NCBI GenBank assembly: GCA_963932905.1
Contig: CAWVRN010000010.1
Coordinates: 1 to 64,000 of the forward strand
DNA from: an uncultured Bdellovibrio sp.
GTDB taxonomy: Bacteria > Bdellovibrionota > Bdellovibrionia > Bdellovibrionales > Bdellovibrionaceae
Length of the DNA: 64,000 nt
Reading direction: 5' to 3'
The translations under genes were made by a program, and so were the position numbers. Of the stretch, positions 10,718 to 20,701 are shown in pieces. Below the pieces are notes generated by a model that was given only the letters and a program-made list of their open reading frames with translations, was not told the DNA's origin and did not search any database. Position 1 is the stretch's first letter; each line of letters starts with the position of its first letter.

Positions 10718-11164
10718 CTAGGCTTCTGTTTTAGCAGCCGCCGCAGTTGTAGCTGCTGAACCGGCAGTCACCAACTCAGATTCGATACGTGCTGATTTAC
10801 CATCTAGATCTCTTAGGTAGTAAAGTTTTGCGCGACGTACTTTACCTGTTGATAGTTTTTCTACGCGTTCAACAAGTGGGCTTCTGAATGGAAATGTTCT
10901 TTCAACGCCAACACCAGAAGAAATTTTTCTTACGGTGAAAGCTTTAGCAGCGCCAGATCCTTGGATCTTGATAACTACGCCTTTATAAACCTGAGTTCTT
11001 TCTTTTTCGCCTTCTTTTACTTTAACGTATACGTTAACTGTGTCGCCAGAAGAGAAAGTGTCCATTTGTTTAGTGATAGCTTTAGCTGTTAAACGACGGA
11101 TAAGTTGCTTACCAGTTTTTTCACCAAGTGTGTTTTTTGCTTTTTTAGATGCTGCTTTTGCCAT
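10718..11164 (-). CDS. rplS: 50S ribosomal protein L19
   Basis: [21 protein letters not shown] and [12 protein letters not shown] motifs. Start placed at MAKAAS (11164). Confidence 0.97.
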   Translation of the reverse strand: MAKAASKKAKNTLGEKTGKQLIRRLTAKAITKQMDTFSSGDTVNVYVKVKEGEKERTQVYKGVVIKIQGSGAAKAFTVRKISSGVGVERTFPFRSPLVERVEKLSTGKVRRAKLYYLRDLDGKSARIESELVTAGSAATTAAAAKTEA

Positions 11165-11198
11165 GATGCTATTTCCTTTTTTTTCAGAACTATGACAG

Positions 11199-11801
11199 CT
11201 ACCACGGTCCAAGTAAACGGTCAAGACAGATACTCACTGCCGATCGAACAGAAAGATGTCGGTAGTCGCGGGGTGGGGCGCCTCGGATGCTCTCTAACAC
11301 ATAATGACAATTTTTCATAAATTCATCCGTTAATCCAAAGCCCGTCCCGAACACCACAAATACTGGTTTTTTCTGGTCAAACATGATTTCTCGAGCCCCC
11401 GCAAAAGTCAGCGGTTTAGCTCCGTTCACCGGCCGAGCATGGGTCGCAATCACGATAGGATCTTCACCGTCCCATGATGTATTTTTTTTCCAGTCCGCAA
11501 TCGCTTTCTGCAAATCTTCGGCGGTTCGAACAGGATCCAAAGCTGTCTTACGAAATGGGTTGAATTTAGCCCCTTGGCCGACCCGCCAGTGATCCAAAAT
11601 TCTCTCCACAAACATCAGCTGTTCCTTCATTGGGTGAACGATGTAGTAGCGTTCAACCCCGTATACCGTGGCAGCACGAGCAATATCGTGAATATCAAAA
11701 TTAGTTACGTTGGTGGCCACGATGTCTTTCTCGCGATCAATGATTGGATAGTGAACTAAACCGATCGCTACTTTAGGAACATAGGGGGTTTCAGATTTCA
11801 T
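11199..11801 (-). CDS. SPOUT-family RNA methyltransferase (TrmD-associated)
   Basis: [22 protein letters not shown] and [15 protein letters not shown] motifs. Confidence 0.9.
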   Translation of the reverse strand: MKSETPYVPKVAIGLVHYPIIDREKDIVATNVTNFDIHDIARAATVYGVERYYIVHPMKEQLMFVERILDHWRVGQGAKFNPFRKTALDPVRTAEDLQKAIADWKKNTSWDGEDPIVIATHARPVNGAKPLTFAGAREIMFDQKKPVFVVFGTGFGLTDEFMKNCHYVLESIRGAPPRDYRHLSVRSAVSICLDRLLGPW

Positions 11802-12588
11802 TAAGTAAATTCTCCAAATTATCTAAAGCACACGACTTTTTTTCTTCGATCGATAGCTGATTATAAAATTCTTTAAGCTTAGACTTATCCTGCCACTTTA
11901 GACCTAGCGAACTTTTGGGATCTAATTCCGCCAACAAATCGGGACGTTTTTTCAAAGTCACCAACAACGACATCCATTCATTAAAGTTTCTAATCTTGGC
12001 GTGATCCCCGCCCACAATGATTTCAGGCACTTTCAGACCATTCCACACTTGGGGGCGTGTGAACGCCGGCGACTCTAAAATTCCGCTAGAAAACGAATCA
12101 GCTTCTAACGACACCTGATTCCCCAGAACACCCGGCACGTGCCGCGCAATTGCGTCCATAATGATCAACGAGGGCCACTCGCCACCGCTGACCACATAGT
12201 CCCCGATAGAAATTTCTTCGATTTGAAAATGAACTAAAACGCGCTGATCGACGCCGGCATAACGACCACATAGGAATGTGATTTCAGCATGGGAAGATAA
12301 CTCTTTAGCCTTAGCCTGAGTCAACAGCTTTCCCTGCGGTGAAGGAAATAGAATTTTTGTATGACGTTTATCTTCAAGAGCTTTACCCAAAACTTCTGGC
12401 TTCATAAGCATCCCATCGTTGCCACCAAATGGTTTATCATCGACAGAACGATGCTTGTCCGATGCGAATTCACGCAATTGAATGACGGAACACGAGATGT
12501 TTTTATTTTTAATGGCTTGGCCAATGACACCGAAATTTAAACTCTCGGTGATCAATTCAGGAAAAATAGTCAAAAAGTTAAACAACAC
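11791..12588 (-). CDS. trmD: tRNA (guanine-N1)-methyltransferase
   Basis: LTIFPE, VDDKPFGG, SPQG, CGRY.GVDQR and SIGDYVVSGGE motifs. Confidence 0.97.
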   Translation of the reverse strand: MLFNFLTIFPELITESLNFGVIGQAIKNKNISCSVIQLREFASDKHRSVDDKPFGGNDGMLMKPEVLGKALEDKRHTKILFPSPQGKLLTQAKAKELSSHAEITFLCGRYAGVDQRVLVHFQIEEISIGDYVVSGGEWPSLIIMDAIARHVPGVLGNQVSLEADSFSSGILESPAFTRPQVWNGLKVPEIIVGGDHAKIRNFNEWMSLLVTLKKRPDLLAELDPKSSLGLKWQDKSKLKEFYNQLSIEEKKSCALDNLENLLNEI

Positions 12589-13111
12589 GGTTGATGTCCA
12601 TCAAATCCAATGGAAAATTCATTACGATCGTTGATTTTTCGAACTGAATTTCAACGATGAAATCATCAACAAAGGGAACTTCATATGAAAACGTTCCGGT
12701 ATTGATAATCAGTAAGTCTTGAATACTGTTTGAATTGAAATCTTTGATTTTACCTAAGGATTTTCCATCTTCACTGACGACTTCGAAGTTTAAAACTTCG
12801 CGCAAGTATATAGTTTCGCCTTCTTCAGACACAAAGTTTTCATCGGCAACGTAAACGATAGCACCTTTTAGCTCTTCGGATTGATTTCTGTTATCAACAC
12901 CTTCAAACTTTATCAAAGCGCCATCTTTAAACGGACGAAATGTCGTAATTGTAAAGTTTTTTTGACCGCCAACTTTGTACGACTCTAATGTTAACTCAGC
13001 ACCTTTTTCTAACCAGGAAATATCTTTGGCGAACGAAAGGAAATAAACTTCACCTTTTAACGAGTGAGCATCAATGATTTTTCCAACTTTAACAGATTCT
13101 GTAGTCGACAT
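12578..13111 (-). CDS. rimM: Ribosome maturation factor RimM
   Basis: VGKI..AHSLKGEV and VPFVDDFI motifs. Synteny. Confidence 0.93.
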   Translation of the reverse strand: MSTTESVKVGKIIDAHSLKGEVYFLSFAKDISWLEKGAELTLESYKVGGQKNFTITTFRPFKDGALIKFEGVDNRNQSEELKGAIVYVADENFVSEEGETIYLREVLNFEVVSEDGKSLGKIKDFNSNSIQDLLIINTGTFSYEVPFVDDFIVEIQFEKSTIVMNFPLDLMDINRVV

Positions 13112-13138
13112 GAGGATTTAACTACATGAGTTTTAGAC

Positions 13139-13165
13139 AAAAAAAAAGGCCTTGCTCAGGCCTTT
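13139..13165 (-). terminator. Rho-independent terminator/attenuator after khpA
   Basis: AAAGGCCT-GAGCA-AGGCCTTT followed by a T run on the minus strand. Confidence 0.7.
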
Positions 13166-13191
13166 AGAAATAAATATCTGATGTTTTAGTA

Positions 13192-13431
13192 TTATTCGAT
13201 AATATCTAAGTGATAACGCTTGTTCAGCTTAGTACCGGCAGCACGTATGATAGTTCTCATGGCAGCAGCAGTTTTTCCCTGTTTACCAATCACCTTACCT
13301 AAATCTTCTTTATCAACTTTTAAAGCTAACAATGTAGTTTGCGGACCAGGAATTTCATCGACTTCAACATTATCAGGTTTATCAACTAAAGACTTTGCCA
13401 TGTGTTCTACTAATGACTTTAAGCTGTCCAT
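13192..13431 (-). CDS. khpA: KH-domain RNA-binding protein KhpA
   Basis: LVDKPD.V and DLGKVIGKQGKTA motifs. GAGGAG RBS before ATG 13431. Confidence 0.93.
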   Translation of the reverse strand: MDSLKSLVEHMAKSLVDKPDNVEVDEIPGPQTTLLALKVDKEDLGKVIGKQGKTAAAMRTIIRAAGTKLNKRYHLDIIE

Positions 13432-13593
13432 CGTAACTCTCCTCTGTATCTGATTTCTATCAGACCTTCTCTCTATGAACTTCTTTCCGAATTTCCACTC
13501 AATTTCAAAAAACAATCGAGTAGCTGCAGTTTTTGCAATTTATTACTACCCGATAAATAAATTATTCACTGAGTCTACAGAAGTTTACAAGTC

Positions 13594-13842
13594 CTATTTT
13601 TGAGTCTGGGCTAATTTCACAACATGCTTAACACGTGGTGAAGGTTGTGCACCTTTTTTTACCCATTCATTGTACTTATCAAGATCTAATTTTACTTTGA
13701 TATCTTTTCCACGAGGAGTAGGAATGTAACTTCCTAATACTTCGATAAATTTACCTTTTACAAATCGTCTTTGGTCAGCAACCGTGATTCTGTATTTAGG
13801 ATCATGTTTTGCACCCAAGCGCGCTAGTCTAATAACAACCAT
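13594..13842 (-). CDS. rpsP: 30S ribosomal protein S16
   Basis: MVVIRLAR.G.K..P.YRI and GAQPS motifs. Confidence 0.97.
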   Translation of the reverse strand: MVVIRLARLGAKHDPKYRITVADQRRFVKGKFIEVLGSYIPTPRGKDIKVKLDLDKYNEWVKKGAQPSPRVKHVVKLAQTQK

Positions 13843-13916
13843 TTTAGCTCCATCCTTTTTGAGACCTATTCTATGTATTTAAAAAAATAGACTTTATCAA
13901 GTCTAATCTAATGGGG

Positions 13917-15251
13917 TTAGAATAATTTTTTCCCCATCATGCCTTTACCCATCCCCATTTTCATAAATTGGCTCATCATTTTCTGTGCTTCCTCGAACTG
14001 CTTAACCAATTTATTCACATCTGACACCTGGGTGCCGCTTCCTTTTGCAATTCTTTGCCGGCGAGAACCGTTCAAAATTTTGTGGTTACGACGTTCCTGA
14101 AGGGTCATTGAATGGATAATAGACTCGATTTTCTTCACTTCATCATCGGGTGGTGCCATATTTTTGATCTGTTTTGATAGCTCGCCCATTCCAGGTAAAA
14201 ATTTCATGATGGCTTCAAGACCACCCATTTTCTTCATTTGTTGAATCTGCGCTAGAAAATCTTCCAGCGAAAATTCATTTCTTAACATTTTCTCAGTCGA
14301 TTTCTGGGCCAGCTTTTCGTCCATCACTTCTTGAGCTTTTTCCACAAGGGAAAGTACATCACCCATATCTAGAATTCGGCCCGCTAAACGATCGGGATGG
14401 AATACTTCCAGCGCCGAAACTTTCTCGCCGATACCCATAAACTTAATGGGAATTCCAGTGACCTCACGAATGCTGAGAGCCGCACCACCACGAGCATCCC
14501 CGTCCATCTTAGTTAAGATAAGACCCGTCAAAGATAAACGTTGGTGAAAGCCTTCAGCGACTTGTACCGACTGCTGACCTAACATCGCATCTGCCACCAA
14601 CAAAATCTCTTGGGGTTTCCAAATGTTTTTCAAGTCAGTTAATTCATTCATTAACGCTTCATCAATTGTTAATCGTCCAGCTGTATCGACAATGACAACA
14701 TCGAGTTTTTGCTCTTCAGCCCATTTGCGTGCTGCTGTTAAAATTTCTTGTGGAGTTTGATTCACCGTTGAGGCGAACGTCGGGAAATTGTTTTGTTTCC
14801 CAAGCGTTTGCAATTGATCGATCGCCGCTGGACGATAAACATCGGCTGGGACCAAGCCCACCTTCTTTTCTTTTTTGGAACGAAGATACAATGCTAATTT
14901 AGCAGCAGACGTTGTTTTACCCGCCCCTTGCAAACCAACTAAGAATAAAACAGTCGGTTTTTCAGAAAGGCTTAACTCAATCGCCTCGGAACCAAGTGTT
15001 CGAACCAATTCTTCGTGAACAATTTTAACGAACATTTGTCCAGGATTTACATTTTCGATAACTTTTTGACCAAGCGATTTAGCTTTCACTTCATCGATAA
15101 ATTTCTTAACGACTTTGAAGTTAACATCCGCATCGAGTAAACTCATGCGGATTTCTTTGATCACTTCTTCAATATTGGCTTCCGAAATTTTTTGTCCACC
15201 ACGAACTTTTTTAAGCGAGGCTAAAATTTTATCTGAAAGATTTTGAAACAT
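13917..15251 (-). CDS. ffh: Signal recognition particle protein Ffh
   Basis: GLQGAGKTT, DTAGR and TKMDGDARGG motifs, plus a Met-rich M domain. Confidence 0.98.
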   Translation of the reverse strand: MFQNLSDKILASLKKVRGGQKISEANIEEVIKEIRMSLLDADVNFKVVKKFIDEVKAKSLGQKVIENVNPGQMFVKIVHEELVRTLGSEAIELSLSEKPTVLFLVGLQGAGKTTSAAKLALYLRSKKEKKVGLVPADVYRPAAIDQLQTLGKQNNFPTFASTVNQTPQEILTAARKWAEEQKLDVVIVDTAGRLTIDEALMNELTDLKNIWKPQEILLVADAMLGQQSVQVAEGFHQRLSLTGLILTKMDGDARGGAALSIREVTGIPIKFMGIGEKVSALEVFHPDRLAGRILDMGDVLSLVEKAQEVMDEKLAQKSTEKMLRNEFSLEDFLAQIQQMKKMGGLEAIMKFLPGMGELSKQIKNMAPPDDEVKKIESIIHSMTLQERRNHKILNGSRRQRIAKGSGTQVSDVNKLVKQFEEAQKMMSQFMKMGMGKGMMGKKLF

Positions 15252-15264
15252 TTAAGACCCTTTA

Positions 15265-16038
15265 CTACCAACGTGAAAAATTAGCTTTCTTTAGAGCTAA
15301 AAACGCAAGGCCGTAAAGTAGCACAAGGCCCGCACCCGAGACAACTATCGATTGTGTTAAATCCACATCAGAAATGCCTAAAACGCCATAGCGCATGCCA
15401 TTGATCAAATAAAGTACCGGATTATAGCTAGAAACTGTCTTAGCCCAGGTCGGTAAAGTCTCGATCGATACAAAAACACCGCCTAAATACAGCAGAGGAA
15501 GCAAAATAAAGTTCGTGAAGGCCGCCATATTTTCGACGCTTTTTGCCCAGAACCCAACACAGATGCCTAGCAAACCGAATACGAAGCCACCTACTAATAC
15601 GAAATAAGTCAATACGATGGGATGCGAGATTCCTAAAAACCCATTGAATTGGAAGTAATAAAAAATTACGCCCACTATATAAGTCACCAGCGCCACTGTT
15701 AAGCCTCGAATGACCGAACCCAAACCCATCGCAATCAAAATATGATGATGCGACAATGGCGTTACACGAATGTCTTCTAGATCACCACTGAATTTCATAA
15801 CCGCAATCGAAGACGACTAGTTTTGAAAGGCATTGTTCATCAAACCCATCATCATTAACCCCGGAATTAAGAACGCCAGGTAAGACACGGCGTAGCCGTC
15901 ATTCATTTTCGAACCCAAGCTGACACCAAATACGATAAGGTACAAGAAACTACTCATGAACGGAGTCACAATCGTTTGCATGATAACTTTAAGAAAACGC
16001 TTTACTTCTTTTTTAAATAGAGTCCACAATGCGACCAT
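15265..16038 (-). pseudogene. ABC-2 type permease (YadH-like) interrupted by in-frame TAG at 15817-15819
   Basis: The two ORFs share one frame: ...FLIPGLMMM...AFQN*SSSIAVMKFSG...NPVLYLINGMRYG. Confidence 0.75.
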
Positions 16039-16044
16039 AAATAC

Positions 16045-16941
16045 CTACTTAGAAACGATCTGTTTAAAGGCTTCTTCTAAGGAGCCTTGTTCGGTTTTGA
16101 TATCTTCTACATCTTCTAAAGTCAGTGCTAAATCACGGAACAAGTTTCCCATCGACTCCTGAGACGGAATTTGAAATTCAAAAAAACCATCTTTTTTCTT
16201 AAGAAAATTTTTATGCGCAATAGTTTCGCGATCTTTACGTAGTTTAATCATGATTTTTTTCGCAGAAAATTGTTCGATGATTTGATTCGTCGGTCCTATA
16301 AACTTTAATTGTCCGCGATCGATGATACCCACGTGATGACATAACTCTTCTGCTTCCATCAAATAGTGCGTCGTCAGCAGAATTGACATACCTTCTTGCT
16401 GTAATTCTCGAACATAGCTCCATAAGTCTTCGCGAAGGGTGATATCGACACCCGCAGTTGGCTCATCCAGCAGCAGCAAAGCGGGTTTATGGACCAAGGC
16501 TTTAGCCACCATCAAACGACGTTTCATACCGCCCGATAGCTGTTTTACTTTTTTATTACGATGCTCATACAAACCAAGTTTATGCATGATATAGTCTATA
16601 CGTTCTTTGTTTTTCAAAATGCCGTAGTAGCCGGACATGAATTCTAAGATTTCAAAAACATCGAAGAAACCAGAATTGACGACTTCCTGGCCGACAACAC
16701 CGATACGACGTTTGGTTTCCATCGCGTCTTTTTCTACGTCGTAACCAAATACCTTAACTTGACCCGATGTTGGTTTTTCTAGTGTTGTGATAATGGAAAT
16801 AATTGATGTTTTTCCGGCACCGTTGGGTCCTAATAAACCAAATATTTCTCCTGGTTTGATTGATAGGGTAACGCCCTTGACTGCTTCCAATGTTCCGTAT
16901 GTTTTCTTTAAGTTAATCAGCTCTAATGCAAGTTGTGACAT
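16045..16941 (-). CDS. ABC transporter ATP-binding protein (YadG-like)
   Basis: GPNGAGKT, LSGGMKRR and LLLDEPTAGVD motifs. Confidence 0.95.
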   Translation of the reverse strand: MSQLALELINLKKTYGTLEAVKGVTLSIKPGEIFGLLGPNGAGKTSIISIITTLEKPTSGQVKVFGYDVEKDAMETKRRIGVVGQEVVNSGFFDVFEILEFMSGYYGILKNKERIDYIMHKLGLYEHRNKKVKQLSGGMKRRLMVAKALVHKPALLLLDEPTAGVDITLREDLWSYVRELQQEGMSILLTTHYLMEAEELCHHVGIIDRGQLKFIGPTNQIIEQFSAKKIMIKLRKDRETIAHKNFLKKKDGFFEFQIPSQESMGNLFRDLALTLEDVEDIKTEQGSLEEAFKQIVSK

Positions 16942-17046
16942 AGGCCGTAGCTTAATTCAGCGCTTTTGCATGTAAAGTTTTATTTATAAAGACTGTTGTT
17001 TGACTCAGCACAGGGATCATCCGTAGCTACCCTATGCTTGTTCTTG

Positions 17047-18651
17047 TTACCGAGATCGACTGATTGAACTTTGGAATTCCACATCCGGGTTTTCACGTTC
17101 GGCCCATTTTAGATCCCATTCTTGATTGAGTAGAATTACCGGCTGTTCATTCATATCACGATATATTTGAATGCCGCCTTTTAATTCCGATACGGGCTGC
17201 CCCGACACTTTGTCTTTAGGCCAACGAGCTACCGAAAATGGTAGACGGTTTTGTTTTACTTCTAAATTGTATTCATCCGCCAAACGATGCGCCAGAACCT
17301 CGAACTGAAGTTCCCCGACCGCGCCAATAATAGGATCTTGCATGCCTACATACGGATCGATGAATAATTGAATAGCACCTTCTTCAGCTAAGTGTTTCAG
17401 TGCCTCTTGCATTTTAGTACGCTTTAAAGCATCTCGCACAGAAAGTTTAGTGAATAACTCTGGTGCAAATTTTGGAATGTCTTCAAATACAATTTTTCCT
17501 CTTGAAGCGATACAATCACCGATCGAGAAATTGCCCGTGTCGTTGACACCGACGATGTCTCCCGCATAGGCAACGTCGACCGTTTCACGATCAGCGGCTA
17601 CGAATTGATTAGAGTACGCTAAACGAAGTTCTTTTTGCAGGCGCATATGCTGCACTTTCATACCGCGTTCAAATTTTCCAGAACAAATGCGAACAAACGC
17701 CACGCGATCGCGATGTCGGCGGTCCATATTGGCCTGGATTTTAAACACAAAACCAGAGAAGTTATCTTCGATCGGGTTCATTTCCGAACCTTCTCGTAAT
17801 TTGCGGGGCTGCACACCTGGTGCGTATTTGCAGAAGAAATCGAGGAATGTGTCTACACCGAAGTTTTGTTTAGCCGAACCAAACGTCACTGGCGAAATTT
17901 CGCCATTTAGAAAGGCTTGCACATCAAACGGAGGCAAGGCCGATTCGATCAGTTCCAGCTCATCACGCACTTGCTGAGCCGTTTCGCGATCTAAAAACTC
18001 ATCTAGTTTGGGGTCATCGATACCTTCGAACGGATATTTAGTGACTTCGTCACCTTCGCGGCGCTGATCATAGAACATCAATTCTTTGCTCACGCGATTG
18101 TAAATACCCTTAAAACGCTGACCAATACCTAATGGCCAAGTCACTGGGTAGCATTGCATCCCCAAAGTTTTTTCGATTTCATCGATCAATGTTAGCGGGT
18201 CTTTACCTTCACGATCGAGTTTGTTGACGAATGTGAAAATTGGGATTTGGCGATAACGGCAAACTTCGTATAGTTTCTTCGTTCGTTCCTCAACACCCTT
18301 GGCAACGTCGATCAACATCGCTGCAGAATCCACCGCCATCAATACGCGATAAGTATCTTCCGAGAAGTCTTTATGGCCGGGAGTATCTAGTAAGTTAATA
18401 CGTAACGAGTTATAATCAAAGGTCATCACAGACGAAGTGATCGAAATCCCTTTTTGGCGTTCCAGTTCCATCCAGTCCGATGTCACAGCCTTGGTGCCTG
18501 ATTTACCCTTAACTTCTCCAGTTTCGTGAATCACGCCCCCATGATAAAGCAATTTTTCCGTCAACGTCGTTTTACCGGCATCGGGATGGGAAATAATCGC
18601 AAACGTGCGGCGTCTTAGTATTTCTTTCTGGGTAGTAGCATCTGTAAGCAT
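17047..18651 (-). CDS. prfC: Peptide chain release factor 3
   Basis: RRTFAIISHPDAGKTTLTEK, DTPGHKDFSEDTYR and GAVGELQFEV motifs. Confidence 0.98.
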   Translation of the reverse strand: MLTDATTQKEILRRRTFAIISHPDAGKTTLTEKLLYHGGVIHETGEVKGKSGTKAVTSDWMELERQKGISITSSVMTFDYNSLRINLLDTPGHKDFSEDTYRVLMAVDSAAMLIDVAKGVEERTKKLYEVCRYRQIPIFTFVNKLDREGKDPLTLIDEIEKTLGMQCYPVTWPLGIGQRFKGIYNRVSKELMFYDQRREGDEVTKYPFEGIDDPKLDEFLDRETAQQVRDELELIESALPPFDVQAFLNGEISPVTFGSAKQNFGVDTFLDFFCKYAPGVQPRKLREGSEMNPIEDNFSGFVFKIQANMDRRHRDRVAFVRICSGKFERGMKVQHMRLQKELRLAYSNQFVAADRETVDVAYAGDIVGVNDTGNFSIGDCIASRGKIVFEDIPKFAPELFTKLSVRDALKRTKMQEALKHLAEEGAIQLFIDPYVGMQDPIIGAVGELQFEVLAHRLADEYNLEVKQNRLPFSVARWPKDKVSGQPVSELKGGIQIYRDMNEQPVILLNQEWDLKWAERENPDVEFQSSISRSR

Positions 18652-18761
18652 GAAAGAACCCTACCTGAAATATTTCCTATTGTCATTTATTCCGAGTTAT
18701 TTTATTTAAGGTGAATCATCTTTAAATATGGGTTTGGAGCCCAATTTTGTTAAGGAGTCAT

Positions 18762-19727
18762 ATGAATCAGCACGCCAATGCGGCCATCCCTTCGTACTTT
18801 ATCACCACTTTCTATCATTTTTTTCCCTTAAAAGACCTTGAGACAGTTAAAAGTGAGCTGAAAGTTATTGCAAAAACACACAAAACACTTGGTTTGATAG
18901 TTATTGGGCCGGAAGGTTTCAATTCTACTGTGGCTGCTGAATCAGCTGACGACTTGGCTACTTTTAAATCAGCCTTACAAAAACACTACGGGATTACGAT
19001 TAGCAACTTTAAAGACTCGTTCTCGGATGTCGCTCCTTTCCGCCGTTTTAGCGTGAAAGTGCGTGACGAAATCGTAACCGCTGGAATTCCAGGACGTTCT
19101 CCTGATCCTGGCATCAATCATCACTTGTCCCCAGAAGAGTGGGATCATGTTTTGAAAAATGAGACAGACTTTGCGTTGATTGATACACGTAACTGGTACG
19201 AATATAAAATAGGTACATTCAAAGGTGCGATTAATCCTAATATCGAAAAATTCACGGAATTTCCTGCGTTTTTTGAATCGCAGCAAATACCTAAGGACAA
19301 AAAAATTCTTATTTTCTGCACGGGCGGCATTCGCTGTGAAAAAGGAATTTTAGAATTACAAGACAAGGGCTACAAAAATGTATTCCAGCTGAATGGTGGC
19401 ATTTTAAAGTATATGGAAGAAAAACCACGTGAAGAGTTCGAAGGCGAATGTTTCGTGTTTGACAATCGCGTCGCTGTCGACGCGGATTTAAAACCAAGCA
19501 CGACCTACAAATTGTGTCCGCATTGTGGTCAGCCGGGAAACATCAAGATTGAATGTAAACGTTGTGATGTTCCCGCTTTGCTATGCGAATCCTGCTTAGA
19601 AATTGAGTGGAAAAAAGATACGTGTTCTAAAAACTGTGCTTACCAATACGAACTTCATCCAGATCGGAAGGGCAAACATCAAGTATTACACTATGAAGCC
19701 GCTCGAATGAAGACCCCTACACCCTAG
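18762..19727 (+). CDS. trhO: tRNA uridine(34) hydroxylase (rhodanese-related, UPF0176)
   Basis: DTRNWYE, FCTGGIRCEK, GGILKY and CFVFDNR motifs, plus a Cys-rich tail. AAGGAG RBS before ATG 18762. Confidence 0.92.
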   Translation: MNQHANAAIPSYFITTFYHFFPLKDLETVKSELKVIAKTHKTLGLIVIGPEGFNSTVAAESADDLATFKSALQKHYGITISNFKDSFSDVAPFRRFSVKVRDEIVTAGIPGRSPDPGINHHLSPEEWDHVLKNETDFALIDTRNWYEYKIGTFKGAINPNIEKFTEFPAFFESQQIPKDKKILIFCTGGIRCEKGILELQDKGYKNVFQLNGGILKYMEEKPREEFEGECFVFDNRVAVDADLKPSTTYKLCPHCGQPGNIKIECKRCDVPALLCESCLEIEWKKDTCSKNCAYQYELHPDRKGKHQVLHYEAARMKTPTP

Positions 19728-19808
19728 AGGCGTCTGCGTAAAAGTAAAAAGATCACCCAGACACATTTTGAACAAAAAACCTCAAGATAGTTTCTTACTA
19801 TCAAAAAC

Positions 19809-19842
19809 AAAAAAAAGGCTCGCCTTTAAGGACGAGCCCTTT
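19809..19842. terminator. Probable bidirectional terminator
   Basis: A-run, GGCTCG...CGAGCC stem and T-run between convergent genes. Confidence 0.7.
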
Positions 19843-19866
19843 TAGCATTTTCATTTTAAATCTTAA

Positions 19867-20559
19867 TTAAAGAATGATTTCCATCATCAAGTAAATGACC
19901 GCCGTTAAAGCAAACCCACAGCCGATAACGCCATTTACTGTCGTCATTGGCCCCAGTTTACCTTTCATACCGTTGAATTGTAATGCTCCCCATACGATGA
20001 ACATCGCGATCCAATATGTAGCGACATTATTTAAATCCATAGCAATCGGCAAGTGAGACGCACCAACCATGAAGAACAACATTGGGATCGAGAACATTGT
20101 ATTTGTTCTTGAACCTAATAGGGCACGCGCTCCGGCTGCTGCTGCGTCTGGATTAGCGGGTTTACCCTCCGCTACGTTTTTTGCATTTTCGATTACGATT
20201 TTTTGCGCTGGCCAAATGATGAACCATACGTTGAACCACATTGTGATACCAAGCAATGAACCTGTTAGGATTTTAACACCCCAATCACCTTGCAAGCTAA
20301 AACCAGTGTAGCTGGCTGTATGAAGCATCGCTAAACCAGTGACGAACGTCCACATCGCGCCCCAACGGAACCACCACAAAGCAATTGGCAAAAGTTTTTG
20401 CTGAACTTGTGACTTGGCAGGAGCGTCGGTCTGAGCCATGAACGCGCCTTGAGTGAAGTTAAAATAGTACAAATGACCAATCCAAAGAATACCAAAAAAT
20501 ATGTGTAACCACTTTAGAAAGAAATGAATACCTACAACGTTAAACAAAGCTAAATCCAT
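19867..20559 (-). CDS. PuuD/Urate_ox_N family membrane protein
   Basis: WLH...GILWIGHLYYFN, LWWFRWGA, FNVWFIIWPAQK and SRTNTMFSIPMLFFM motifs. Confidence 0.8.
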   Translation of the reverse strand: MDLALFNVVGIHFFLKWLHIFFGILWIGHLYYFNFTQGAFMAQTDAPAKSQVQQKLLPIALWWFRWGAMWTFVTGLAMLHTASYTGFSLQGDWGVKILTGSLLGITMWFNVWFIIWPAQKIVIENAKNVAEGKPANPDAAAAGARALLGSRTNTMFSIPMLFFMVGASHLPIAMDLNNVATYWIAMFIVWGALQFNGMKGKLGPMTTVNGVIGCGFALTAVIYLMMEIIL

Positions 20560-20701
20560 GTTAGTTTCTCCTTTATATTTAATCTGTACATTTAAGTAGT
20601 AACTCGAGTTTTTGAAAGATTCAAATTGAATATTGTGGGGTTTTCCACCCCACTTTGATGACTAAATAGAGAACACTATTTATTTTTGATTCTGGAAATT
20701 T

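Noticed and set aside
15817..15819. Genome-wide TAG recoding or pyrrolysine use
   Set aside because: TAG is the normal stop of many intact genes here (rplS, rpsP, ffh, glmM, rplT), and no pyl genes are present.
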